A stretch of 64,000 nt of DNA from Setoptus koraiensis (lineage: Eukaryota > Animalia > Arthropoda): NCBI GenBank assembly GCA_048013815.1, contig CM106586.1, positions 10,354,001 through 10,418,000 of the forward strand, read 5' to 3'. This document shows positions 8,403 through 21,700 of the stretch, one piece after another (position 1 is the stretch's first letter; every line of letters begins with the position of its first letter). Below the pieces are notes generated by a model. The model had not been told where the DNA came from. It did not search any database and saw only the letters and a list, made by a program, of their open reading frames with translations. The translations under genes were made by a program, and so were the position numbers.

Positions 8403-11400
8403 GATCGCGTAATAATTATTACTAATTGTATAAATATAAAATTCCAAATGATTTGAGTGATGATATCGATGAATGGCAATGTTTTCTTGAGAAATTAAAT
8501 ATATCGTGAGGCGAACAAATGACGCACGTTTTCTGTGATCGCGCACGTAGGCCGTGAGCCATTGAAAACGATTGCGCGCCGCAACTGTAGTTTGAAGAAG
8601 GCTCAAACACATGATTCGCGTGGCTTGTGCGCCGAATCGATTCGCCATAAAGGCGCCACTTTTGAACAATTTTCGCCAATTTTGTGAGCAATGGAAGCGT
8701 TTGTCGGTGCTAGTGAAGTTGGTTTATCGGGGGCAGAGTAATTGCAGTTTATTGTGATTGGTATTAATACAAAATGGTAGCTGGATGATTCTGGTCTCTA
8801 ATGAGCTCTACAATACATACTGAAATGTAACGAGTAAATGGAGCAAGCGATGTTGCGATATAATGTGCGGTGGTCGTCTAAACGGCACTGGGCTCAATGG
8901 TCTCTCAGTGAGTTCCGGTCATCCTTTCGCCTTGTAAGTGAGAGCTGAACACTGTGATACGCGTATAATGAAGAAAATCGCACATATACAACATGGCGAC
9001 TAAGACAGGAATATTTCAAAAGTTCAATAATTGAATAGTATCGTCACAGGGTGTCAGACCTAGACGACGTGATCATCTGTGAGCTGAAGAGAGCGATCCC
9101 TGATCTGAGATCGATGATTGCTGATTACGAAAAACTTGTTATACCGACTGGTTAAAATAATCAATGATCAATTTACCCTTTAAATTGTGATTTTCATTAC
9201 ATGAGAGTTAGTCAGTAATCATGCCAAAGATACATTTTGAACCACAGCGGAAGTCAACGTAGTCGTAGTTGTTGCGTCAGTTTAGTGGATTGTTCGTCTT
9301 AGATAGAGGAAAGATAGGGCAAAAGAGAGTCTTTATAATGTATGATAATTCAATATTGCGTATCAATGAAAGTCTTCATTTGTTTGTATCTCTTTATAGG
9401 CAAAGTATTGCCATGACAAATCAAATAGGCGAAAGCGCAACGCGTTCTGTCCTATAGTCACATAATGCAATGACACACTGTCCTATTGGTGATTGATCTT
9501 CATGCAAATTGCATGATTGGATGAGTGAGTCGGATTCTTTTGACAAGATAGTTAAGATAGATAGTTTGTTGAAAAGTCACACAATATAGCAGCAATTCAT
9601 GCAACCGCCAGCAGCTTGCAGGCGGATGACATGTAAGTTTGCGATTGTGGAGATACGGCGAAACTAACAAGGAGGTCCCAAGTTGACTGGCCCTGCCACC
9701 AAAATTCACTCTCTTCATTGAATCTAGGGGAGCCCTCATATCCGAAATGTGTGTGTGTGTGTGTTGTTCCATTGTTATAATCAGATTACTATTCATCTTT
9801 TGAACTAAATCATTACATGTCTCAGTGTTCGTTTATCATTTGTACACAACAACAAAGCTCGAACAACGAGTGGTAGTAACCAACAACACCATGAACAACA
9901 ATAATAATAATAATAATAAATACAATTGACAATTGTGCCCTACTACAACCACTATATCTTGTTTTTTTTTGTACTGTATTGTGTGATTGTGCGAAGTAAC
10001 AACAACAACTTAATGGTCACGGTTAAGATGAAGGCGGCGAGAGAAAGAATTGATTTTTTCGCGCTTGAAAGAGATACACAGAGATAGTGTAGTTTTATTA
10101 TCGCTGTTGTGTGTTGTGCAACAACTATTAAAATCAAGATAGATAAGATTGTTAGTGAACTTTTTCTTTTTCTCCTTATTCTTGTTTAGTGTTGCACAGG
10201 CAGCCCATACAAATAGAGGCAAATATGAGCAAAGATATTGGTTCATTAGCATCATCAACAGCATGGCCATAACTAATGAACCTCGACTTGGCGATGGTTT
10301 GCTGCGGTTGGTGTCGCTGTTGGTGTCGCTGTTGTTGTTGTTGCTGCTGCTGTTGTTGTTTTTATTGTTGTTGTTGATCGGGGCCACCCGAGAGTGTCTC
10401 ACCAGCATCGCCAGCATAACCGGCGCAAAGCGGCGTTCGAGCGACTACCGCAACAACAACTAGTAAACTACTAGGCAAAATAGCCACTTCACGCCTCATA
10501 TTTCATCTTTATGTTAACCACAATCGCGTAATTCGCACATTGTCGTTACACACAATGTTTTGCGAAATGCAGTGTGTCGTTGCTGTTGTTGTTGTTCCAT
10601 TTGGAATTACATTATCACCGTCATTGTCATATTTGCTGCTGTTGATACAATATCGCTGCTTTCAAGTATTGCGACCATCACAGTCAGTTTTCACTTCGAC
10701 TAGCCAAAAGACGGTCGGTCCCTTTTCAATGACAATCTTCTTCTCCTTCTCCTTGCAACTTTTCTGTCTGCATGACTTTCGAACTGCAACAACCAGCCGC
10801 AACAACCAGCCGCAACAACCAGCAGCAGCGGAACATATGTATATTAGCGAGTCCTATATGGTCGTCGCACAACAATGTATGCACAATCAATAATCATCAT
10901 TCATGTTTGTTGTTGTTGTTGCTGGTTGTCACAACACACACACATACGACCTACAACTGGCAGACGATGACGATTTGTATTTTTCGGGCCAGCCACCGAT
11001 ACGAGCATGAGGAAAGCATGAGATAGAAAGAAATATGAAACACCGAGAGAAATATAAATATGAACTGAGAGTTTACACATGTATAGAGCCATGAATGAGC
11101 GTGACAATCTGCTTTGTGATCACCACCACAACCACCGGCACCACAACCACCGGCACCACAATTCACTGGCGGCACCCTCAAATAAATTAGATCGTTGTCG
11201 TTTGCCTGCCATCCAGTCATCCAGCCAGCCGAGCACAACTGTCAAACCAACTGTCTATGGCCGTTGGTCGACATAAAACAACCATCAGAAAAGAACACGA
11301 TCGTCGTGACCGAAGCCTCGCTTTTGTGGCACCAGCCAACAACAGCAACAACAACAGCAGCAACAACAACAACAGCAACAACAACAACAGCAACAACAAT

Positions 11401-12084
11401 CGAGTCAACATACTTAGACACACATCTCGGCCAAGTCGGCTTGTCTAGCCGATGGTTTGTGTGTGGATAAGCGGATGCAAACTGGCGGATTGATACAAAA
11501 CGCAAACATGCCTCAACAACAACAACCACAAACTCAGCAATCGCGTCCCCGATATTGCGACCAAGTGCAAATTGCTCGTTTTCCTTGTTCGAGTTACCCC
11601 GGGCATCTCGGACGGGTAACTCGATCTACTTATGAACTGGCCGGTACTAGTAATAATGGCCGCACTAATAATAATAATTTTGCAACAATCTCGTCTGATT
11701 ATCATGATTGCATGATGACGACGATTTATATTTGCGGCAATTTTTTTCGTTTGCTTTGTGTGCAGCAGCAAAACGTTTGCACAACACCGGTCGCTAGATG
11801 GCGCTGGCGTCCCGCTCTATATCGCGCCCCATATAGAGCCCTCGGCGAGCGGACACTCCAGCGAGATGTCATGGATATCTCTGATATCAGATACAGTAAG
11901 AGATATATAAGAGATAGTCATAGATATATTAGAGAGGGATATGTGAGCAGTGTGAATTGGTGCGATATGGGCCGTCAATGTGGCGCTGGCCACACTGACG
12001 ACACAAGAGTCTAGAGTAAACGATTAGAGTTAATAGGGTGAGAGACAATGCCGGCCCGCTCATAATAACAAGTTGTTGTTGCAT

Positions 12085-12111
12085 AACAGGCCGTCGTTGT
12101 TGTCGTTGTCG

Positions 12112-12151
<40 letters not shown>

Positions 12152-12170
12152 CGTAGTTGTTGCTGCTGCT
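12085..12170. repeat. (GTT)n microsatellite, representative of dozens of CAA/GTT tracts in 9.7-52.4 kb
   Basis: Direct reading. Comparable tracts at ~11340, 12450, 18750, 20940, 35870, 47210 and 47730. Confidence 0.95.
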
Positions 12171-15068
12171 GTTACGTAACTAACCGTCGCTCGGCTGAGA
12201 GCTGAATAACACTAATGCGTGTGTGTGTGTGTTTGCGGCCACTTGTCAAATATTTAATCTAGTCGCTGCTCATCGTGGCAGCGCTAGGCTAATTTGGGTT
12301 TGTACTTTACTTTAATATTCAATAGTTAATATTTAATATTTAGTGCTGGCTAGCATGGTTGCTGCTCTAGTAACTTTAGTGTAACCACTGTCCACTGTTC
12401 GTGTCTATGTGCTCATTAAGTATTGTGCAATATACGCACGCCTATATCGCGGTCGTCGTTGTTGTTGTCGTTGTTGTTGTTGTTGTCGTTGTTGTTGTCG
12501 TTGTCGCTGTTGTTGTCGGTGCGGCCGTTGCAAAGTATCATCTCATGAATAACAACAATGACACTGACAACCATGTTGCCGCTGCTGGCGCTGTTGTTTC
12601 AAGAGTTATTGAAGCATACAGGACAGCCAGTGGTGTGTCCATTTTTTATATTATTATCTCGGTGTGTGTACCATCACCTAACGGCCACTAGCAAGGTACT
12701 AGAAGTGATATGATGCATGGGCACGTCAATTTGTACAACAACTTTTTATTTATACATTCAACTAGCTCTATACATATATTGTTGTTGTATTCACACACCG
12801 TTACGTGGGCCTATTTCTGGTCATTTCTGGCCCAAACTTCAACTGCAGCTCCCGGCTTCAACTGCAGCCAATTGCAACTCGCAATGAGAATTGCAATTCC
12901 AACATTGGCCAACAAGATAGAGAGAGGGCAACGAAGCGTTTAATGTTGGTATTATGTCGCTACGTGTGCTGCTCGTGTGACCGCAACAGCCTATTTGCAC
13001 TGTTATTGTGCCACCTCTGTTTGTGTATTCGCATGCGAAACATGATATTATTATTATTATTATCGTGCTTTTATTATTATACAACAGCGCGTAATACATA
13101 AATACATTATGTAACAAAGCAAGCTGGCCTCTTTGCACAAGACTGCTTGTCCGGACAGATGATACCTTACTCCAAGGCACGCGATAATTTCTCGCGCTCT
13201 CTGATAACTCAACTCAAACGAACAACTCAAACACTTATTATATACCGGTATTTATCAGAATGTATCACAAAACACAGCGACACTCGATGATATAATCGCT
13301 GCGTATAATAATAATAATAATAACAACGTTAATAGAAGCAGCATCTTGCAATTACATCATACACATTACACAAGTCGGCCATACATACACACACAAGTAT
13401 GGCCACTTGCAAACAATTACCATTACTAACTAAATAGCCACCAGCTCAATAATAGCTAGCTAGGCTAGGCGTATTATTGCCAAGCTAGCCAGATATTGGT
13501 GGGCAAGCAGCGAAGGTATAAATGTATGTACAAGTATTATCAAGTGTCTCATGTATTATTCATTGATTGCCACTGTTTGTCGCATATCAAGCAGCAGCAT
13601 TTTTCATACATACATATTCGTGTTGTGGCATAATATATCCGCGCGCGCGCATTGTATTATTAAATATTTGTTTGCGTGAATATCCACAGTGAATCGTACG
13701 CTTTGACGTATTCATCATAGTCAAACAATAGATGAGCCTGTCGAGCCGGTCACAAAGAGCCGGTCAAATGAAGACAAAAGACGAGAACGCTTCAACAATC
13801 GAGTGTCTAGCCAAACGAGATGCGAGCGTGTTATAGGTGACAGGTGAGCTCAAGTTACGATAAACTTGTAACTTTAGTTTGTAATTTCAGTTTGTGGCTC
13901 TATCGGCAACATTATTCATGCAATAATATAAACATATATACGTATATACATATAAGAATGTGCATGAAATTCACACTGTCAGCCACAGACAGATACAGCC
14001 ACAACAAACATCGGTTGTGCAACAAAACATCGGCGGTTAGCTGCATGTTATTGCATAACATTGGAAAATTTCTCGTCGGAACAGCTTAATTTGTTAGTTT
14101 TTCACTTGCAGGTTGCAAATCCAAGCGAAGCAGCAAGCTACTTGGCCCGTCTACGTCGCTGACACGGGCGATACTGTACTGACAAACATTCGGATATTCA
14201 AATATTTGTCTACAACAACTGTCCCTATAATTACTGTCTGCATATTGCGCCATCGCCACCATACAAACAAATAAACAAACGTCTACACTGTTTGCTATAT
14301 GCAGTATTTGCAAGGTGCATGAACTATATTCACAAATCTAGCCGCTAGTCAATGACTTTTTCCGGGTGTCACCTCGCCAGCCATAACTGACAATTGTGAG
14401 CCATGTCGTGAGCCGTTGCGCCTGCCGACGGCGAGATCATTGTGCTCGCGAGTGACAAACAACCACCACTGAATAAACTAATTATCTCAGGTGAAACAAA
14501 ACTCACTCAGGTGAGCCTCGTTGCTTGTTGAGTCTGTTGGAGGGCCAGCAGCTGATCGGCTCGAGATGAGGCCAAGTTAGTCGTCGACGGTTGCTCACAT
14601 TGACGCGTCCGGCGTCCGGCGAACGAACCAACGGATTCAAACAGAGGGGGCGCCACAGGCCATGTACGGATGGGGTGAAAATTGAAAATTGGGTTTGAAA
14701 ATTGGTTTTATTACTACTATTTGCCTAATGCATCAACATTACAATAATTGAATGACAGTTTGTGTGCTGTCGCCCGCAATAAGCGAGCGGTCACTATAGG
14801 TCAATGATGGCATTGACGCGATAAGAATTCCTCGATCACTTTTATACATGCGCATGTTGGGTGTGTGTCTATGTTAATTATGAAGAGCTAATACGATGAT
14901 GATGATAAGAGTTTGAGATGATGAGATCCTTGATTAATTACGTCCTTCCGTCTGTCCGCTTTTCGTCGCGCGTGGGCGTACTGTTGTTGCTGTCACCGAG
15001 GAACTACTGGTTGTTGTCGGCCCACTGTGTTGTTGTTGTTGTTGTTGTCGCACCAAGACAGCGGAAAG

Positions 15069-17084
15069 TTACGGCACGAGCAGCGTCGGCGACTGGCCTT
15101 GCTCGGGCGAGCTCGCCAACCGGCCCGACTGCGACTGACTGGCGGCCAGTGCCGCCATTGCGGCCGCCTGGCGCTGCTGATTGGCGGCGGCCATTAGGGC
15201 ACAGGCGGCCGCCGGATTCAGCGAGGCCATTGCGGCCATCATGGCGGCTTGCTGCTGTTGTTGGCTCTGTTGTTGTTGTTGTTGTTGTTGTTGCTGTTGT
15301 GCACTAATCAGGCGTTGGCGGTTGGCGGCCACGGCGGCGGCCATCATGGCGGCCTGCTGCTGCTGTTGCTGCTGTTGTTGCTGGTGGTGGTGGTGCCGAT
15401 GTGATTGGTGGTTGATTAGTTGACTGAATTGATTGTTTGCCGCCGCCTGCAGCTGACTTGCTGTTGCCTGGCTCGCGGCTTGAGTGGTCAGTTGGTTTGC
15501 GCTGTTGTTGCTGCTGTGGTTGTGGTTGTTGCTGCTGTTGTGGTTGTGGTTGTTGTTGTTGTTGACTGGTGTTGCTGCTGCGGCCGCCGCCGACGCGGCG
15601 AAAATGGGCGACAAATGATTCATCAATGATTGCATATTGGCTAATTGCTGTTGCATGATCAAGGCCGAGAACGGATTTGATTGCTGCTGGCCAGACGGCG
15701 CCTGCTGCTGTTGCTGCTGTTGCTGTTGCTGCTGTTGATTCATGGCGGCCGCGGCCGCCGCTGCCGCCGCCGCAAATTCGAAGGCGGCCCACGGCTGACC
15801 GGTGGCGCCCGCCGGGTGCGGCGGCAAGGTGAGGTGTTGGGCGGCCGAGGCATAATCGGCCATGGGTAATGAGTGATGCTGCTGGTGCGGCTTGTGTAAC
15901 AGTGGCGACACTTGTGACGATGGCGCGTTATTTGTTAGCTGGTGTCGCTGTTTTTCGCTGTTGCCTAGCTGATAGTTGGGCGACCAGGGTGCTGACGCAA
16001 GGTAATTGTTGTTGTTGTTGTTGGCGTGGTTGTTGTGGTGGTGGTGGTGCTGCTGAGATCCTGCAAGTGACAATTGGTGGTTGGAGGCTGTTGTTGTTGT
16101 TGTTGTGGTTGCTTGCTGCGACTCGCTGCCGTCGAGCAGCGACGAATGGTCGGACCTGGCCGAGGGCGACGACGCTGCTGACGACGCCGCTGACGACGAC
16201 GATGACGAGGATGACGCCGACGATGTCGACGAGGGGCTCGCCGAGGGCGAAGAATTTGAGGCCTGCGAACAGTTGGACAGCTGACTAGATTGTTGGTTGG
16301 CTTGGCCAGTTTGCGCACTGTTTTCCGTTTGTTGCATCAATTGGTGGTGCTGTTGTTGTTGTTGTTGTGGTTGTTGTTTGGCGTGCGCATTCGTTTGTTG
16401 GTAGGGGTGTCGCGCCCCAATGAGACTCTCAATGCTGAAGGGCGAACACTGTTTAGTTGTTGCAGTGCCGGTTGTTGGCTTGCCGAAAGCGTTTATAGGC
16501 TGCTGCTGCTGCTGTTGTGGCGGCATGTTTATAGGCTGTTGTTGTTGTTGTTGTAGTTGTAGTTTTTGGGACGCATGTTTCGCTGAGTGCTTGTGCGAGC
16601 CCGCTTGCTGCTTTATAGGCTGCATAGGCTGCATGGGCTGCACGTCGTCGTCGTCGTCGTCGTCGCTCAGCAAATCCTCGAGATTGCCCCCCATTAATTC
16701 GGTGAATTGTTGTTTGAATTGTGCGTGCAAATGCGGATGTTTTTGTGCCAACAATTTGAAGCGTTTTCGCCGGCGCAGCAAGCTGCCGTTCTCGAACATG
16801 TCGCCCGACATGGGGTGCAGCGCCCAATAGGAGCCCTTGCCGGGCCGGTCGGGTTGCCGGGCGATCTTGATGAAGCAATCATTGAACGACAGATTGTGGC
16901 GCAGACTATTTTGCCAGCGTTGAGTATTGAGTCTATAATAGGGGAATTTGTCCATTATGAATTTGTATATATCACTTAATGTCAACATTTTGTCTTCACT
17001 ACTTTGTATGGCCATGAACGTGAGCGCGATGTAGCTATAGGGCGGCTTCTGGTCGCCGTACGTGTTTCTTCCTGGCCGCGGCAT
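15069..17084 (-). CDS. FoxB: Forkhead transcription factor FoxB (fd96Ca/b-like), intronless, 671 aa
   Basis: N-terminus [22 protein letters not shown] and forkhead domain ...[17 protein letters not shown]...[10 protein letters not shown]...[17 protein letters not shown] are diagnostic of FoxB. eh1-like [14 protein letters not shown] on the minus strand at 14707-14712. Confidence 0.95.
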   Translation of the reverse strand: MPRPGRNTYGDQKPPYSYIALTFMAIQSSEDKMLTLSDIYKFIMDKFPYYRLNTQRWQNSLRHNLSFNDCFIKIARQPDRPGKGSYWALHPMSGDMFENGSLLRRRKRFKLLAQKHPHLHAQFKQQFTELMGGNLEDLLSDDDDDDDVQPMQPMQPIKQQAGSHKHSAKHASQKLQLQQQQQQPINMPPQQQQQQPINAFGKPTTGTATTKQCSPFSIESLIGARHPYQQTNAHAKQQPQQQQQQHHQLMQQTENSAQTGQANQQSSQLSNCSQASNSSPSASPSSTSSASSSSSSSSAASSAASSPSARSDHSSLLDGSESQQATTTTTTTASNHQLSLAGSQQHHHHHNNHANNNNNNYLASAPWSPNYQLGNSEKQRHQLTNNAPSSQVSPLLHKPHQQHHSLPMADYASAAQHLTLPPHPAGATGQPWAAFEFAAAAAAAAAAMNQQQQQQQQQQQQAPSGQQQSNPFSALIMQQQLANMQSLMNHLSPIFAASAAAAAATPVNNNNNHNHNSSNNHNHSSNNSANQLTTQAASQATASQLQAAANNQFSQLINHQSHRHHHHQQQQQQQQQQAAMMAAAVAANRQRLISAQQQQQQQQQQQSQQQQQAAMMAAMASLNPAAACALMAAANQQRQAAAMAALAASQSQSGRLASSPEQGQSPTLLVP

Positions 17085-18200
17085 GATAACTGTTTATACT
17101 TGCTATTTATCGTCGAAATTTTTCTATTGATATATATATCGATGCGCAATTTCTCTCAAACGGATCTGATTGGATGATGCGAAAATTCGTCGATGGCTGA
17201 TTGGATGATGCAAAAGTTCGCCGATGCCTGATTGGCTGCTTGCTGGTCGTCGAACTGTTATTCTCGTCGAGCCTGAGCGTGTGCGCTTGCTGGCCGCATA
17301 CTTGTGTGTCTGTGAGTCGCTGTTGTGAACATTCGATTCGAACTGTCGCTCTATAATGTTTGTTGTTGTTTTTAAAATGTGTGAGTGTGTGTGTGTGTGT
17401 GTGCGTGTGCATCGAGTGACTCAAGACGAATGAAACTCGCTAATGACTCGCTAATTTGGCTCCTCGATTCGATGCTGCTGCCTTCCCCCAGCTCCAGCCC
17501 CCCTCCCTCCCCGAACACACTCACAGCCTGTGAGTCACAGGCCGGGCAGCGTTGGCGCATGCGCATTGCGCCCCATTCTGAGGTTACCCCTATATTGACT
17601 TTAACTCACGCACACACACACTCACTTGTTTGCGAGTCTGCGCAAATGTTGATTTTTCTACAAGTACAACAACAACAACTACAACTACCAAAGCAACTAC
17701 ATCCAAACAACAACGGCAACTACAACCAAACAACAACAGCGACAACAAACGTTCGACAAACAACAAACACACACACACACACACACTGTTTGTGTTGAGC
17801 AACTCGACTAACAGCGCTGCTTACAACGTTGTTAGCGCTGCCTGTAGTGGTCGCATGAGACTCACTCACAATTGTCAGATCACCGCTACAGGCAGCCACA
17901 ACAAAAAAGCATCGGTGTCTGGCGTCGGGCGCATGCGCGCCGAGCGCCAACAAGAGGCGCCACAAGGTCTATGTTTGCTCAGCTTGCTCCCCCGCGCCGC
18001 CCCTCGGCCCGAAGCACTTCGGCGCACACTCGGCGCTGGGCCGAATATTCATTAGCATACTACTATTAGCAGCATCAGTAAAGTGTTGTGATTAGCCACC
18101 AGCTGACGCGTACCTGGAGCATGCTCATTGGTGCACCGCTCGAGACGGTGCTGACTTGTGAGTCACAAGTCACAAGTTGTACACAAGAGATAGTATTGAC
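17085..18200 (-). promoter_or_regulatory. FoxB 5'UTR and proximal promoter region
   Basis: Immediately upstream of the FoxB ATG. GCGCATGCGC at 17555 and 17929; palindromic TGTGAGTCACA centred at 17534 and 18162; (GT)n tract at ~17385. Confidence 0.5.
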
Positions 18201-18749
18201 AACGAGCATTCAATTTGCAGCAGGCTCACTTGTCACTGACAGTTGTCAGCGTCAGCTGATGCGCAGCGACGCACAACTGTCAAACGACAGCTGATTGCAT
18301 TGGTGCGCGGCGCGCAGCTCACAACGACAACAGTCGGCAAAATTTTATTTTATCATTCGGTTGAATATATCGGTAAAATATTCGGTTGAGATGATAAAAT
18401 ATTCTGTTGAGATGATAAAATATTCGGGGCCCCCGGCGGCCCGAGTATCGTAGGTGGCGCCCCAAGCGTGGTCAGTTGGCAATCTTGTAAGTTGGCGCCT
18501 ATCAACAGGTATCCGCTGCGCGGAGTGTTACATTTGGCCTGTCACACTCCGGCGAATGTTGTGGCTGGAGCTGGCGTTCGGCAGTCTGGGCCGAACTGGA
18601 AAAACGTTCGGCGAAAAAACTTTCCTTCTCGAAATGTTTGGCCCGTTGTGAGCCAGTCGTAGCGTCGGTAGTGACAGCGCCGACATACTTGTGAGCCGCC
18701 CATCGGACGAGCTCCGCCGCGGATGAGCCGGCGTTGTGATGCCGATGCA

Positions 18750-18786
<37 letters not shown>

Positions 18787-21700
18787 GCAACAACAACAAC
18801 GGCAACAACGACGGCAACAACGACGGCAGCAGCGACGTGACGATGAAAAGAATCCAATTGAATTGTGCGTGCCAGCGAGCGTTTGTGTGCAAAGCAAACG
18901 TTGTTATTGTTTGCTCGCTGCTCTTCAGTGAGCATTGGCTATTATAATTCTAACATTAATTGTATATAAAATGTTTCACTGTTGTCGGCAAAAGTCGCTC
19001 GCAATTGACTTCTGGCCGCCAGTGTTCGGCTGTGGACACTGCAGCCACTGGCAGCGACTGTCGAGCAGCGCGACCGTCGAACAGCGACCGTCGAACAGCG
19101 ACCGTCGAACAGCGACTGTTTAACAGTGACAGCAACAACAACAGCACCAACAACAACAACAACAACAACAAGAGAGAGATTTGTGTGTGTCAAATTGATT
19201 ATGTTTACACACTCCAGGCGTCCCCACTGGCCGCTGCCCCCTGTCTATCTGGGGTATCTCGGGCGATTGGCACTCGGGCGATTGGCACTCAGGTACGGCC
19301 GGGGCACACCGTGAGTAGAGTGAGTAGATGATGCGGCGGTGGCACGGCGCGGCATCGGTCCATTTGCATTCGAGAGGCACGTTTGTGCGTGTTTGTGCTC
19401 GCATTTCGGCCCGCTTGTTGCCGATAACTTTTCATGTGTCTCATGCGCTGCCGTTGTTGCTGTTGCCGTTGTTGTTGCTGCCGCTGTTGGCGTTGTTGTT
19501 GTTGCAAGTTAAAACGATCATGATGATGATGATCTGATTTGTTGTTGTTGATCAAAGAAGCGGAGCCGCTTCGATTGTTCGCCACCAGCTAATTGTCACT
19601 GCCACTGCCTGCCGCTCACCTGAGCCGTTTCACTCCAGACCCTGCAGTCCACAGTCAGCGTCTCTGAGCCAGTGCCTGTGGCGGTCAGCTGAGCGAGCGC
19701 CGCAAACTAGCTCAGGTGAGCCAGTGGTCAGCGCTACGTGCAGCAACACGTAGCGTAGTGGTCAGCTAGGCGCGGTAACGCGTAGTGCAGTGGTCAGCTG
19801 ACCGCAAACATAAGCAACATAGCGCCTCATTAATGTGGCACCAAACACGACACGACAAAACACAAACAAGCGGCCACCATTGACAATTCACCAGCACAAC
19901 AAAGCAACACGAGCTGCGGCCAACAATGGCCGCAGCTCGTCCATTGTCAATGGACCCGGTCGTGTCATCAACAACAACAATCATCACCTTATGATCGATT
20001 TGCAACTCGCTATCGGCGCGCTGCCAGCGCCTATCGTCGTTCGCGACGAATCCACGCCGCTCGCTCCGATCGACGCGTTTCTCAGCTCATTTTATCGCTG
20101 CTCATTTTATTTTGGCTAAAATCGTCGCACTCACTCGCACTAATTTTCACCTCCAACAAACGCGCCGTGTGTCGGCGCCACTCGTGGAACTAATTCGCGA
20201 GCCAGATCAAAAGCTCACCTGAAAACTCAACACACAAACTCGCCACTCACACTGCAACTCGAACCAATTCCGACCCAAATTCAATTGTTCATCGCGCGCA
20301 CCACCAGAGGCTCTTTGTGGGTCCCATCGGCTCGCCGGCGACTTGTTCACTTCGCGAGTCCGTTGGCTAGCACCGCTAGTCGCGGCGCTGTCCAACGGCA
20401 TTGGCCGCTGGTCAGTGGGCAGCCATTAACAAACAATTGAGTCAATTTGGGCCACTTTGGCCCGAAACTGCCTGTGTGCCTGCACTGGGCCTACTACAGC
20501 GCCCTCTGTCTCTCGGAGCGACAATCTGCTGCTGGCAGCGTGTGACTCGCGAGCTGCGAGCGCTTCCCCGCCCCGACAAGCAGCCCGATCTGGTCGGGAG
20601 CCGGGCCGGAGCCCGAGCGAGCCCGATTTCGTTTTGCAATTCGAGCTTCACGTTCAGTTGCGCTTTCGGGTTTGGCCGCTCCGATTGAGCGGTGGTCAGC
20701 GCCGGTTCGGGCGCATCGGGCTACCGTGCGGGCAATGTCAAGTGAAAAGTTACGAGAGCTTCGATGAAAGAAACTGCTCGTTGGGCTTCTTTTGTGCATT
20801 GCGTCACATTGCGGCACAGTCGACCATCGGCTACCGAACGAAGCGACTTGGGCCGGTCGGACAACGATGGTCGCCGGCTCATTCACGCCTCATCTTGGTG
20901 TTTGTTTGTGCGTCTGACGGGCCGATGTCACTGTGTCGTTGTTGTCGTTGTTGCTGCTGCTGTTGTTGTTGTTGGCGTTGCTGTTGGCGTTGCTGTTGGC
21001 GTTGCTGTTGCTGCTGTTGTTGTGCAATTGCGACACCGGCGCGATTGCAAGTCGTGTTTGTTGTCGTGTTTGTTGTCGCGTTGTTGTCGTGTTGTTGTCG
21101 CGTTGCTGTCGTGCTGCTGTCGTGTTTGTTGTTGGCAGCGGCACAAAGTTGCAAATTGCCGGCCAGCTGACGGCGGCCGCCTGCGCGAACACAGTGGCTC
21201 AAGCGCAAGAATTCGCGCGGCTGTTCCGAGGCCGTTCGCGGCCGCGAACGGTGCCAGTCTCACCGAAGCGCCGCCAGTCCGAAAAGAACGCAAACAACAG
21301 CACTCACTCGCGGCCAGCAACAGGTAGGGGGAGGGGAACGCCCACTTCTCACAAGAGCGCCAATGGTAGTGTGAATTACAAAGTGATTCGTGGTGCTGTG
21401 TTCTTTTTGTGCGATTTTTGTGCTTCTTTCGCGCCGTTCGCAGCTTCTTCGTTCGGGCTGTTGGCTGCTTCTTTTTGCTGCCTCTTCGCAGCTCGCTCGC
21501 TTCTCGGCCGCTCGTCGTTTCTCGTGGCTGCCGGGCCGCCGCTGGCACGGCGCTCGGCGCGGCCGCGAGGTGTGCAAGTTGCCAAATTATAGAGCGGCTC
21601 GCTTCCTTTTTCTTTTGCTCTCTTCCTCTGTCGCTCTCTGTCAATCGTGTCTCTTTATGCTCGTCTTTGTGCTCGTCCTTGTGCTCGGCGCGGCGCGCGA

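Noticed and set aside
8403-8669. Upstream extension of the 1199-aa ORF in the track
   Set aside because: Starts at a non-ATG codon and lacks homology; the signal peptide begins at ATG 8402. The region looks like promoter (E2F-like TTTCGCC, GGCGCC).
10010-11470. Short ORFs with signal-peptide-like Leu/Met runs (10417-, 11423-)
   Set aside because: The hydrophobic runs come from GTT/GCT microsatellites; no supported downstream exons.
13170-13200. AAGGCACGCG resembling miR-124
   Set aside because: Only the 5' 10 nt match, the rest diverges, and no complementary hairpin arm is visible.
15181-16979. Many poly-C/V/L ORFs overlapping FoxB
   Set aside because: Antisense or alternative-frame shadows of the CAG/CAA/GCN tracts of FoxB.
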